Shown: positions 46,223-57,700 of the stretch, in pieces
Position numbering within the stretch: position 1 is the stretch's first letter
Layout: every line of letters begins with the position of its first letter
Assembly (NCBI GenBank): GCA_002897715.1
Contig: BDUA01000011.1
Span: 1 to 59,514, forward strand
Reading direction: 5' to 3'
DNA length: 59,514 bases
Origin: a bacterium BMS3Abin01
GTDB taxonomy: Bacteria; Actinomycetota; Thermoleophilia; BMS3ABIN01
The notes under the pieces: model-generated
Told to the model about the DNA's origin: nothing
The model's input: the letters and a program-made list of their open reading frames with translations, nothing else
Databases searched by the model: none
Program-made: the position numbers and the translations under genes

Positions 46223-47005
46223 CTATTCCTTTTGGTTCCTCGCATCAATGAGTTTCAAACCCTTCAGCGTCAGCAACGGGTCCACCCTGTCCAGCGAGTT
46301 CGTATGCGGAACTATCAACCCGGCATTACCGCCGGTGGCGATAGTCGCTATCGTACCGCTGCCGAGCTCCTCCCTTATACTTCCCACCATTCTATCTACC
46401 AAACCGGCGAAACCCAGCACTACGCCGGAGCAGAGAGAGGCGACCGTTGTCTTGCCGATGGCTGTCTCCGGCTCGCAGAGTTCTACCATGGACAGCCGGG
46501 CGGCTCTGGCGGCAAGAGCTTCCAGCGACACATCCACCCCCGGCGCGATGGCGCCGCCCAGGTATTCCCCTTCCGGGGAAATGGCGCAGAAGGTCGTGGC
46601 AGTTCCGAAATCAACCACTACGCAGGGACCCCCCAGCTGGTCAAGGGCCGCGACCGCATTGACGATCCTGTCGGCACCCACCTCGTGCGGATTGTTGATC
46701 AGAATCGGCAGCCCGGTGCGGGTCCCCGGCCCGACCACCACCACCTCCATGCCCCGGTAGCGCCCTGCCAGCAGTTCGTACTGGCCGGACAGGCTCGGCA
46801 CGACCGAGGATACGATTATCCGCCCGACCTCATCCAGGCGGGAACCGCTCAGCGCCAGCAAGGACGCGAAGGTCGCGGTCAGTTGATCGGCAGTCGCGTG
46901 CGGTTCGGTGGCTATGCGCCAATGCTCCTGGAGCCTGTCGCCGGAGAAAAGCCCGGCAACGGTTTGCGTATTGCCGATATCGATAGCAAGCAGCGAGGCT
47001 TCCAT
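46223..47005 (-). CDS. coaX: Type III pantothenate kinase
   Basis: AIDIGNTQT, SSVVP, VGADRIVN, VVDFGTATT, GGAIAPG, ATGG. Confidence 0.95.
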   Translation of the reverse strand: MEASLLAIDIGNTQTVAGLFSGDRLQEHWRIATEPHATADQLTATFASLLALSGSRLDEVGRIIVSSVVPSLSGQYELLAGRYRGMEVVVVGPGTRTGLPILINNPHEVGADRIVNAVAALDQLGGPCVVVDFGTATTFCAISPEGEYLGGAIAPGVDVSLEALAARAARLSMVELCEPETAIGKTTVASLCSGVVLGFAGLVDRMVGSIREELGSGTIATIATGGNAGLIVPHTNSLDRVDPLLTLKGLKLIDARNQKE

Positions 47006-47172
47006 AGCGAAAGAAGTGTAGCAGAGACCCGCGGGGAGCGCGAGCCTCAATCCTGCCGGCGCCAATCATCGCGAAATTCACACAGGTTATCCGCCTCCAG
47101 GCGATCACCCGGAACCCGGATCAGCGCCGGCCAGACTCCGGCGACCAGTCACACCGATAACCGGTATGAACA

Positions 47173-47763
47173 CTAGTCGTTCTCTGACTGCCGAGCCAGA
47201 TCCTTCGCCGCCGGTGTACTCCAGACATGTGAAGACTGCCCTACCAGACCGAGGCACAGGACCACTCCCATCAAGACCTTCAGCGCATCTCCCGGCAGGA
47301 AGGGATACATGCCGACCACCATGGCGGCGGTGAGGTTCATGCCGGTTACCAGTGCCAGCCAGGGGACCCCCACCGCGTAAATGACCATCGTTCCCGCTGT
47401 CAGGCCGACCGCGAACCTTACCGCCATCCGCCTCACAGGAAGGTATTCCACCAGCATCCCGGCTACAAACGCTCCGGCGATATATCCTGCCAGATAGCCG
47501 CCGGTAGGACCGGCCACGATTCCCGGACCGGCGGTGAACCTGGCGAAGACCGGTATGCCGGCCAGGCCCATGAGAACATATACGGACTGACTCAGCGCTC
47601 CCAGCCATTTTCCCAGTATGGCGCCGGAGAGCAGCGCAAACAGGCTGGCAAGAGCGATGGGGACGGGGCTGAACGGCAGAGGAACGGCAATCCAGGCGCC
47701 TACGGCCGTAAGCGCCGTAAAGAAAGCCACCCATACCATCTGCCTGATGGAAATACTGCTCAC
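47173..47763 (-). CDS. bioY: Biotin transporter BioY
   Basis: SPVPIAL, GLAGIPVFA, GPTGGYLAGY, PFLPGDALK. GTG start after GGAAGG chosen because upstream starts overlap the promoter. Confidence 0.92.
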   Translation of the reverse strand: MSSISIRQMVWVAFFTALTAVGAWIAVPLPFSPVPIALASLFALLSGAILGKWLGALSQSVYVLMGLAGIPVFARFTAGPGIVAGPTGGYLAGYIAGAFVAGMLVEYLPVRRMAVRFAVGLTAGTMVIYAVGVPWLALVTGMNLTAAMVVGMYPFLPGDALKVLMGVVLCLGLVGQSSHVWSTPAAKDLARQSEND

Positions 47764-47803
47764 AAGACCTTCCGCCGATGCCGGTATTAACTCTGCATCA
47801 GCC

Positions 47804-47858
47804 ATTCTATGGGGGCAAACATCCAACGTCAACCTGAAGATAACAATTAGTTTACATT
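47804..47858 (-). promoter_or_regulatory. bioY promoter overlapped by a BirA operator
   Basis: Minus strand AATGTAAAC-N16-GTTGACGTT (47858-47825); the right arm contains -35 TTGACG, then 17 nt, then -10 TAGAAT. Confidence 0.85.
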
Positions 47859-48841
47859 CATCCCGGCCTGCCGCTACCGTCTATGGTGACTTCACCGCTG
47901 AACAGGGAAATCTTCTCCCCGCCGGGCCTCTCCAGCAGCAGCCTTCCCTCGGCGTCGATACCGGCCGCCCTGCCATCTATAACCCCTTCCGGCGTCTTCA
48001 CCCTTATCTTCCTACCCTGCAGGATGTCCAGCCGGAGGAACTCCTCACGGTAAGGGTCCAGGCCGGCGGCGGGACGGACGGCAAGCCACAGGCGGTCCAG
48101 CTCGCCCAGCAGCGCCACGGCCAGGTCCTTACGCGACACCCGGGTGCCGGCCACTTCCGCCAGGGAGACAGCCGACCCCTCGAGTTCCGTTCCCCGGAAA
48201 CTGTTGTTGACGTTGACGCCTATGCTGTCGATGATCCATCTCACCCGGTCCAGTTCGGCGCCCATCTCCACCAGCACGCCGCCCAGCTTCAATCCTTCCA
48301 GATAGATATCATTGGGCCATTTGAGGCCGGGGCGAACATCCACCGTAGCGGCTATGGCCCGCGCCACGGCTACCGCCGTAGCCAGGCTGAACAGGGGGAC
48401 GCGGGTAGGAACGATGCCTGAATAGAAGATGACGGACATGGCGATCGCCTTTCCCCCGGGGGTCGACCAGCCACGCCCCATGCGGCCCCGTCCGGCTTTC
48501 TGGCTCTCAGCGATCACTACCGTGCCCTCAGGGGTGCCGCGGTCCACCAGCGCCCGCGCCTCATCGGCGGTGGAGCCGGTCTCCTCCAGGTGAACGATAC
48601 GGCTGCCCACGACCCTGGCCCTGAGCCGCGGGGCTATCTCCACCGGAAACAGTTTATCCGGCCGGCTCACCAGCCGGTATCCGTTCCTGGGCGACGCCTC
48701 TATCTCGTATCCGCTGTTACGCAGCTTGACGATGTGTTTCCAGACGGCGGAACGGGTGATATCAAGCTCATCGCTTATCTCTTCACCGGAACGATAGTTT
48801 CTGCCTGATATCTCACTGAGGATCTTCTCCTCTATGTTCAT
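47858..48841 (-). CDS. birA: Bifunctional biotin repressor / biotin-protein ligase
   Basis: HTH SGEEISDELDITRSAVWKHI, GRGRMGRGW, KWPNDI, KLGGVL. ATGA overlap with nadC. Confidence 0.95.
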   Translation of the reverse strand: MNIEEKILSEISGRNYRSGEEISDELDITRSAVWKHIVKLRNSGYEIEASPRNGYRLVSRPDKLFPVEIAPRLRARVVGSRIVHLEETGSTADEARALVDRGTPEGTVVIAESQKAGRGRMGRGWSTPGGKAIAMSVIFYSGIVPTRVPLFSLATAVAVARAIAATVDVRPGLKWPNDIYLEGLKLGGVLVEMGAELDRVRWIIDSIGVNVNNSFRGTELEGSAVSLAEVAGTRVSRKDLAVALLGELDRLWLAVRPAAGLDPYREEFLRLDILQGRKIRVKTPEGVIDGRAAGIDAEGRLLLERPGGEKISLFSGEVTIDGSGRPG

Positions 48842-49686
48842 GCCTCTACCTCCAGGCTGAAGTCCACGGCGACGGCGGCGTTGGTTATGGCCCCTACCGA
48901 AATGATATCGGCGCCCGCCTCGGCGTAAGCACGAACGTTCTCCAGCCCGATCCCCCCTGATGCCTCTATCACCACCCGGCCCGCTGCCATATCCACACAT
49001 CGGCGCACATCGTCCGGCTCCATGTTATCCAGCAGCACCGTATCCACCCCCGCCGGCAGCGCCTGTTCCAGCTGTTGTAACGTATCCACCTCGACCTCGA
49101 TGGCCGTCCCTTCACCCAGAGCCCCTCTCACGGTGGTCACAGCCTCGCTGACGCCCCCGGCTGCGGCGATGTGGTTATCCTTTATCAGAACCGCGTCGTA
49201 CAGGCCCATGCGGTGTGTCTCACCGCCGCCGTGAACAACGGCCCGCTTCTCCAGAAAGCGCATACCGGGAGATGTCTTGCGCGTAGCCGCGATTCGCGCC
49301 GGCAGACCCTGAAGAGCGTCGACAAAACGTCGGGTCAGGGTGGCTACGCCCGAGAGGCGCGCCATGAAATTCAAAACGGTGCGCTCGGCCGTGAGAATGG
49401 ATAAAAGCTTCCCTTCCAGCCGCGCCACCTCTGCTCCCGCGGGAACCGCCTGGCCCTCTTCGACCAGCGCCAGCCATGCCAGGTCGCCGTCCACCTGGCT
49501 ACAGACCTCGACGGCCGCCGCCAGCCCGGAAACGGTACAGGCCTCCCTGGTCAATACGCGGGCCGCGCCCGACTCCCCCCTGAAGAATACCGACTGTGAC
49601 GTGATATCGCCCGCCTCCCCCAGGTCCTCCGCCAGCGCCAACTCCACTATGCGTACCAGCTCCGTTCTGCTGTTATCCATCGCCAC
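48838..49686 (-). CDS. nadC: Quinolinate phosphoribosyltransferase
   Basis: ALAEDL..GDIT, TRKTSPG, HRMGLYDAVLIKDNH, EVEV, LLDNM, EASGG. Confidence 0.96.
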   Translation of the reverse strand: MAMDNSRTELVRIVELALAEDLGEAGDITSQSVFFRGESGAARVLTREACTVSGLAAAVEVCSQVDGDLAWLALVEEGQAVPAGAEVARLEGKLLSILTAERTVLNFMARLSGVATLTRRFVDALQGLPARIAATRKTSPGMRFLEKRAVVHGGGETHRMGLYDAVLIKDNHIAAAGGVSEAVTTVRGALGEGTAIEVEVDTLQQLEQALPAGVDTVLLDNMEPDDVRRCVDMAAGRVVIEASGGIGLENVRAYAEAGADIISVGAITNAAVAVDFSLEVEA

Positions 49687-51325
49687 CGGACACCTCTCCC
49701 TGTCTCCTGTCCCCTTTCAGGCGGAAGTTGATATGGTGCCTCCACCTGGCATCATCCCTTTGCGGATAATCTTCCCGCAGGTGGACGCCACGGCTCTCTT
49801 TTCTCAACAGCGCCGCCCGCGTTATATGGCCGGCCACGGTTATCAGGTTATAGAGTTCATACTCCTCCGGACTGGCTCCGGGCGGTTCCAGTTCCGCCAG
49901 CAGCGAACCTATCCGTCCCAGGGCCCGGGCCAGGCCGTGCTGGTCACGAACCATGCCCACGTCCACCGTCATCAGCTTCTGCAGCCGCCGGCGGATATCC
50001 GCCAGTCGCGCCGGTTCGTTCTTCCCCGTTGCCGGCGCCGGCAGCTCTATGGTCAGCCGCCGCGCCGAGCCTCCGGAGGCACCGGCGTAACGGTCGAGGT
50101 CGCGCACGATGCGGTCGCTGAACACCAGCCCCTCCAGCAGGGAGTTGCTGGCCAGACGGTTGGCCCCATGCACCCCGGTGTTGGAGACTTCACCGCTGGC
50201 ATACAGGCCGGGCAGAGTGGTCCGGCCCCAGAGGTCCGTGGTAACGCCGCCGATCATGTAATGGGCGACGGGGGCGACGGGCACCCGGTCGCGGCAGAGG
50301 TCGTAGCCACGGTCACGCAGGGTCTCGTAGACCGTGGGAAACCGCTGCCTGATCTTCCGGCAATCCAGATGGGTGGCATCCAGGTAGAGGAACTCGTGGC
50401 CCGATGCCGACATCTGCCTGACCATCTCCTTGACCACCACGTCCCTGGGGCCCAGCTCCGCCTGGGGATGCACGCCCACCATGAACCTCTCACCGTCGTG
50501 GTTGAGCAGGTAGGCGCCTTCGCCCCTGAGCGCTTCCGTGATGAGGAAAATGGGCGATTCGTCGGCGTACAGGCCCGTGGGGTGAAACTGGACGAACTCC
50601 ATGTCGCCGATGGCGGCGCCGGCACGCCAGGCCATGGCCATGCCATCGCCGGTGGCTACGGCGGGGTTGGTGGTGAACGAATATACCTGGCCGCTGCCGC
50701 CGGTGGCCAGGACCGTGGCCGAAGCGTAATCCAGCGTGAACTCGCCGGTCCTGAGATTGAGGGAGACGGCGCCCACGCAACGGCCGCCGCTGGTGAGCAG
50801 GTCCACCACGAACTCCTGTTCCAGAACCTGTACGCGGCTGCCCGAGCGCATCGCCTGGGCCAGAGAGCTGGCTACCTCGCTGCCGGTGGCGTCGCCGCCG
50901 GCGTGGGCTATGCGGGGTACGGAATGGGCGCCTTCGCTGGCCAGCACCAGATCCCCCCCGGAGCGATCAAACTTGGGGCATATCTCCATCAGTTCGCGTA
51001 CCCGGTCCGGCCCTTCGTTTACCAGGATCCTTACCGCTTCCTCTTTGCACAGGCCGGCGCCGGCGCGCATGGTGTCCTCCAGGTGCAACTGGGGTGAATC
51101 CTGTTCGCTGAGGGCGGCGGCGATACCCCCCTGGGCCAGGAAAGTGGTGGTGTCCCTGAGTACGCTCTTGCTGATAAGCGCCACCTTCCAGCGACGGGCG
51201 GCACCGACGGCGGCGGTGAGCCCGCCTATACCGCTGCCGATGACGATAACATCATGGAACCGTCTGGCCGGTTCGCCGTCCGTTGCCGCCAGCATGAATG
51301 GGTGCGTCGTCACTGGATACGGCAT
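49673..51325 (-). CDS. nadB: L-aspartate oxidase
   Basis: GSGIGG, AQGGIAA, EGAHS, QFHPT, HYMIGG, HGANRLASNSLLE. Confidence 0.95.
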   Translation of the reverse strand: MPYPVTTHPFMLAATDGEPARRFHDVIVIGSGIGGLTAAVGAARRWKVALISKSVLRDTTTFLAQGGIAAALSEQDSPQLHLEDTMRAGAGLCKEEAVRILVNEGPDRVRELMEICPKFDRSGGDLVLASEGAHSVPRIAHAGGDATGSEVASSLAQAMRSGSRVQVLEQEFVVDLLTSGGRCVGAVSLNLRTGEFTLDYASATVLATGGSGQVYSFTTNPAVATGDGMAMAWRAGAAIGDMEFVQFHPTGLYADESPIFLITEALRGEGAYLLNHDGERFMVGVHPQAELGPRDVVVKEMVRQMSASGHEFLYLDATHLDCRKIRQRFPTVYETLRDRGYDLCRDRVPVAPVAHYMIGGVTTDLWGRTTLPGLYASGEVSNTGVHGANRLASNSLLEGLVFSDRIVRDLDRYAGASGGSARRLTIELPAPATGKNEPARLADIRRRLQKLMTVDVGMVRDQHGLARALGRIGSLLAELEPPGASPEEYELYNLITVAGHITRAALLRKESRGVHLREDYPQRDDARWRHHINFRLKGDRRQGEVSGGDG

Positions 51326-51338
51326 GGGTGGCTTCCTC

Positions 51339-52259
51339 TCAGGTGTAGGAGACCATAGCCTCGACCGCTGCCAGGGCCCGCTTGCGTATATGCTCGTCCA
51401 GCCGGATCTGGTACCGTTCTTCGCGCAGGGTCTGGACAGCCTTGGCCAGTGTGGTCATCTTCATATTAGGGCATATGGCCCGGTTGGTGGGCGAGTAGAA
51501 ATGCTTATCCGGGTTCTCTTTTTTAAGGCGATGGATGAGACCCATCTCAGTGGCGATGATGAACTCCCCGGCGCTGGAGGCGGCGGCGTAGCGGATCATG
51601 CCTGAGGTGCTCTCCAGGCTGCCGGCTATCTCCTGCACCCCGGGAAGACACTCGGGGTGGGCCAGAACCACTGCTTGCGGATGCTCCTGTTTCGTCCTGA
51701 GAATATCCTCCAGGGTGATGTTGTCGTGCGTGGGACAGAAACCGTCCCATTTGATGAGCCGGCGGCCCGTCTGTTTTTCCACGTACATGGCCAGGTTGCG
51801 GTCGGGTATGAATATGACATCCCTGCCAGCGGGGATATTGGACACCACCTTGGCGGCGTTGGCGCTGGTGCAACAGATATCGGTCTCCGCCTTGACCGCT
51901 GCCGAGGTGTTGACATAAGCCACGACCAGGGCCTCCGGATGTTCCGCCTTCAGCTTGACCAGGTCTTCGGCGGTGATCATATCCGCCATGGGGCAGCCGG
52001 CGTTGATGTCCGACAGCAGGACCTTCTTGCCGGGCGACAGGATGTACGCCGTCTCCGCCATGAAATGAACACCGCAGAACAGGATAATACGGGCATCCGT
52101 CTCGGCCGCCAGACGCGAGAGTTCCAGCGAGTCACCGGTGAAATCCGCCACATCCTGTACCTCGGGACGCTGGTAATTGTGGGCGATTATCAGCGCGTTC
52201 TTTTCCCGCGCCAGCTCCCTCAGCTCTTCCTGCAACGGTCCGTAATCTACCTGGCTCAT
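51339..52259 (-). CDS. nadA: Quinolinate synthase
   Basis: AHNYQ, CGVHFMAE, AGCPMAD, YVNT, AHPEC, CPNMK. Confidence 0.96.
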   Translation of the reverse strand: MSQVDYGPLQEELRELAREKNALIIAHNYQRPEVQDVADFTGDSLELSRLAAETDARIILFCGVHFMAETAYILSPGKKVLLSDINAGCPMADMITAEDLVKLKAEHPEALVVAYVNTSAAVKAETDICCTSANAAKVVSNIPAGRDVIFIPDRNLAMYVEKQTGRRLIKWDGFCPTHDNITLEDILRTKQEHPQAVVLAHPECLPGVQEIAGSLESTSGMIRYAAASSAGEFIIATEMGLIHRLKKENPDKHFYSPTNRAICPNMKMTTLAKAVQTLREERYQIRLDEHIRKRALAAVEAMVSYT

Positions 52260-52765
52260 TGGTCTCCCGTCTCCTTCAGACTGCCTGACATCTCCACCCT
52301 GGCGCCGTCATCAAGGCCGGCCAGGGCCTCCCCGATGCTGCCGTCACCGGGGATCTCCACCGCCGCTGCGATCTCATGCAGGGGCACCAGCACGAACGCC
52401 CGCTCCCGCAGACGCGGATGGGGAATGGTCAGGTCACGGCCCGTGATTGTTTTCTTCCCATACAGAAGTATATCAATGTCCATGGTGCGTGGTCCCATGG
52501 GCACCCGTCCCTGGCGGCCTCCGAGCTCCTCCTCTATGGTCCGGCAGGCCCGGTGGAGCACATCCGGCGGCAGCTCCGTCTCCAGCCCGACGGCGATATT
52601 GAGGAAATCCGGCTGACGGACGCCGCCCACCGGTTCGGTCCGGTATACGGACGAAACGGCGATGATGCGAACGCCTTCCAGCTCCTCCAGCCGGCGGACC
52701 GCCCGGGCCAGGCCCTCCCGGCAGGCGCCCATATTGCACCCCAGCGACAGGTAGACGGCGTTCAC
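52256..52765 (-). CDS. folK: Hydroxymethyldihydropteridine pyrophosphokinase
   Basis: YLSLGCNMG, SSVYRTEP, FLN, GPRTMDIDIL, PHPR..ERAFVLVPL. Confidence 0.93.
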   Translation of the reverse strand: MNAVYLSLGCNMGACREGLARAVRRLEELEGVRIIAVSSVYRTEPVGGVRQPDFLNIAVGLETELPPDVLHRACRTIEEELGGRQGRVPMGPRTMDIDILLYGKKTITGRDLTIPHPRLRERAFVLVPLHEIAAAVEIPGDGSIGEALAGLDDGARVEMSGSLKETGDQ

Positions 52766-52769
52766 GCGC

Positions 52770-53168
52770 TTACAGCCCCCCGCCCCGCTGCCGGCGCCGC
52801 TCCAGCAGGACCGCCACCTCACTCACCCGGCAGGGCATGGGCGCCGCCGGCTTGGCCACGCGTACGCTCACCGCCTCCACCCGGGGAAAGTCCGCCAGCA
52901 CAGCCTCCGCCGTGACCGACGCCAGCCTCTCCAGAAGGTCGAAGCTGTGTGCCGTCGCCGCCCCGGTCACACAGGCAGCGACCTTCGCATAATCGACCGT
53001 ACCACCGATATCATCGCTGTCTACCGCCGGACAGTCTGCCAGGATCAGCCGCAGGTCGAAGCGGAACACCTGCCTCGACTCCTTCTCTCCCGGCAGCAAA
53101 CCGTGATGGGCGAAGACCTCCAGCCCCTCGATGACGACCTCTACGGATCTGTCTTTCCCGCCATTCAC
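52770..53168 (-). CDS. folB: Dihydroneopterin aldolase
   Basis: FAHHGLLPGEK, TVDYA, LLERLA, VAKP. Confidence 0.92.
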   Translation of the reverse strand: MNGGKDRSVEVVIEGLEVFAHHGLLPGEKESRQVFRFDLRLILADCPAVDSDDIGGTVDYAKVAACVTGAATAHSFDLLERLASVTAEAVLADFPRVEAVSVRVAKPAAPMPCRVSEVAVLLERRRQRGGGL

Positions 53169-53169
53169 T

Positions 53170-54405
53170 TCATGCTCCTTTGTCACCTGTGTCACCGGCG
53201 GCATCGCCGCCAATGAACCCGATGCCCGCCGCCACCTCCAGCGCCTGCCGGTTCTCCGCCACATCGTGGACGCGAAAGATACGGGCACCCCTCTCCAGAG
53301 CAAAGACATTGGCGGCGATGGTCCCCGGCAGCCGGTCCCCGGCCTGCTTGCCGGCGATCATGCCGATGAAGCTCTTGCGGGAGACGCCTACCAGCAACGG
53401 CCGCCCCAGACTGAGAAAGGAGTCCAGATGGTTCAGCAGTGTCAGATTGTGCTCCAGCCCCTTGCCGAAACCGATGCCCGGATCGATAATGATATTCCCG
53501 CGGGCGACCCCCCGCGCCGCCGCCCATTCTACCCTCTGGTGAAAGAATTCTATCAGCTCACTTACCACGTCCCGGTACCGGGGGCGCCGTTGCATGTTCC
53601 GCGGCGTACCCCGCATGTGCATCAGGCACAGGGGACATCCGTAATCAGCCGCCACCGACACCATCTTCCTGTCACCGGTCAGAGCTGTAACATCGTTGAT
53701 CATGGCGGCCCCCGCCTGAAGCGCTTCCCGGGCTACTTTCGCCTTGGAGGTATCTATCGACACCGGCACATCCAGTTCCGATGCTATCCTCTCAACCACC
53801 GGCAGCACCCGGGCAAGTTCCTCCTTTTCGCCTACGGCGTCAGCGCCCGGACGCGTCGATTCGCCGCCTACGTCTATGATGCCGGCGCCCGCCGCCGCCA
53901 TCCGGCCTGCCTGCGCCAGTGCCGCCCCGGTATCCAGATGCCTGCCGCCATCGTAGAACGAGTCCGGGGTGATGTTGAGGACGCCCATCACCTGCCATGG
54001 CTTCCCGCCGAGAGCGGACGGCAGGCCGTCGCTGGTGGATGCCTGTTGATAATTGCGTGAACACCACCGCAGCCGCTCTCCCAGATCCGCCAGGTCACCG
54101 CCATGGCGTGCCAGTTTATCCGCCAGCTCAGCCAGCAGGGCCGGCGAACCCATGACCAGCGCCCCACATTCACCATTTTCGAGACTGTAGGCTGCCGCCG
54201 GCAGGGCGGCATCACCTCCCAGCGACAGAGCTTCCTGCTTGAGGATGTTGGCAATGCGCGGCGACAGGCCGGAGACCCGGGCCATCTGTCCCGGAACCCT
54301 CGGCGCCATGAGTTCGATACCCGGTTCAGCCACCCCCAGACGCCGCATGAGCACGGCGGCTTCAGCCGGTGATGATACGCTGATGATGTATGGAGTCGGT
54401 TTCAC
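53170..54405 (-). CDS. folP: Dihydropteroate synthase with N-terminal extension
   Basis: MGVLNITPDSFYDGG, GGESTRPG, SIDT, DPGIGFGK, SRKSFIG, RVHDV. Confidence 0.95.
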   Translation of the reverse strand: MKPTPYIISVSSPAEAAVLMRRLGVAEPGIELMAPRVPGQMARVSGLSPRIANILKQEALSLGGDAALPAAAYSLENGECGALVMGSPALLAELADKLARHGGDLADLGERLRWCSRNYQQASTSDGLPSALGGKPWQVMGVLNITPDSFYDGGRHLDTGAALAQAGRMAAAGAGIIDVGGESTRPGADAVGEKEELARVLPVVERIASELDVPVSIDTSKAKVAREALQAGAAMINDVTALTGDRKMVSVAADYGCPLCLMHMRGTPRNMQRRPRYRDVVSELIEFFHQRVEWAAARGVARGNIIIDPGIGFGKGLEHNLTLLNHLDSFLSLGRPLLVGVSRKSFIGMIAGKQAGDRLPGTIAANVFALERGARIFRVHDVAENRQALEVAAGIGFIGGDAAGDTGDKGA

Positions 54406-54503
54406 GGGAACAGGCCGGTTTTCTGAAAATCATGTCCATTCTACCGGAAAATCGGAAAATGGGAGACGGATAGACCGTGACGGGCGAAACCCTGCTCCGG
54501 GAA

Positions 54504-55076
54504 CTAGATGTCGCTCCTGGCGTTGATTACCGACAGTACCTCCGCCCGGGTGGCGGCGTTGCTGCGGAAGATGCCGCGAACCGCCGAGGTAATCGTCTGC
54601 GTCCCCGGGCTGCGGATGCCGCGCATGGACATGCACAGGTGTTCGGCGGACACCAGCACCATCACCCCCAGGGGCTGAAGCGCCTCCACCATGGAGTCGG
54701 CGATGACCGAGGTCATACGCTCCTGCAGCTGCGGCCGGCGGGCAACGACCTGGACCAGCCGGCTCAGTTTCGATAGACCGGTGATCATACCACCCTCGCT
54801 GGGGATATAGGCTACGTGGGCCATGCCGAAGAAAGGCAACAGGTGGTGCTCACACATGGAGAAGAAAGAGATATCCTTAAGCAGCACCATCTCCTGGTGT
54901 CGGTCCGACGGCATGGGTTCCAGGATGGAGGCAGGCTCCACCTTGAGCCCGGACAGGACATCTTCATACATCGACGCCACTCTGGCGGGGGTGTTCTTCA
55001 GGCCATCCCTGTCGGCGTCCTCGCCGATACCCTCCAGGATGAGGCGGGTGCCGTTCCTTATTTTCTCCAGGTCCAT
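54504..55076 (-). CDS. folE: GTP cyclohydrolase I
   Basis: [34 protein letters not shown]. Confidence 0.96.
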   Translation of the reverse strand: MDLEKIRNGTRLILEGIGEDADRDGLKNTPARVASMYEDVLSGLKVEPASILEPMPSDRHQEMVLLKDISFFSMCEHHLLPFFGMAHVAYIPSEGGMITGLSKLSRLVQVVARRPQLQERMTSVIADSMVEALQPLGVMVLVSAEHLCMSMRGIRSPGTQTITSAVRGIFRSNAATRAEVLSVINARSDI

Positions 55077-55084
55077 GGAGGGAC

Positions 55085-57073
<1,989 letters not shown>

Positions 57074-57163
57074 CTCGATGATCCTTTCATTGACATGTCA
57101 ATCCATTCAATTATCGCATATTTGCCGCTGAGAGGCCCATTTATTAACCGTGTCAAACACAGG

Positions 57164-57700
57164 CTATCTAGAACCCCCCTCGGGCATGGAAGCGATAAAC
57201 CTTAGGTTGCGATAATCCTCGTTGAAATCAAGGCCATAGCCGACAACAAAGGTGTCCGGGACCTCAAAACCCACATATTTACAGGAAATATCCGCCTTGC
57301 GCCGCTCCGGTTTGGTCAACAGGGCGCAGACCTCGACGCTGGCGGGATTGCGGGCACGCAGGTTCTTGCTCAGATAGCTGAGGGTGAGCCCGGTGTCGAT
57401 GATATCCTCGATGATGATCACATGCCGTCCCTCGATGTTCGCATCCAGATCCTTGAGGATACGCACCACTCCCGAAGAATCGGTGGCTGACCCGTAGCTG
57501 GAGACCGCCATGAAATCCAGCTCACAGGGTACGTTGATCTCACGCACCAGGTCCGCCATGAAGAACACCGCCCCTTTCAATACGCAGACCAGCAGGGGAT
57601 CCATCCCCTGGTAATCGGTGGAGATCGCCTTGGCGAGTTCGGAAACGCGTGTGCGGATCTCCTTCTCCTCCAGCAAAACCTTATCAAACTGCGTTTTCAA
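57164..57700 (-). CDS. hpt: Hypoxanthine phosphoribosyltransferase
   Basis: VLKGA, SSYG, IEDIIDTGLTL, FVVGYGLD. Confidence 0.96.
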   Translation of the reverse strand: MKTQFDKVLLEEKEIRTRVSELAKAISTDYQGMDPLLVCVLKGAVFFMADLVREINVPCELDFMAVSSYGSATDSSGVVRILKDLDANIEGRHVIIIEDIIDTGLTLSYLSKNLRARNPASVEVCALLTKPERRKADISCKYVGFEVPDTFVVGYGLDFNEDYRNLRFIASMPEGGSR

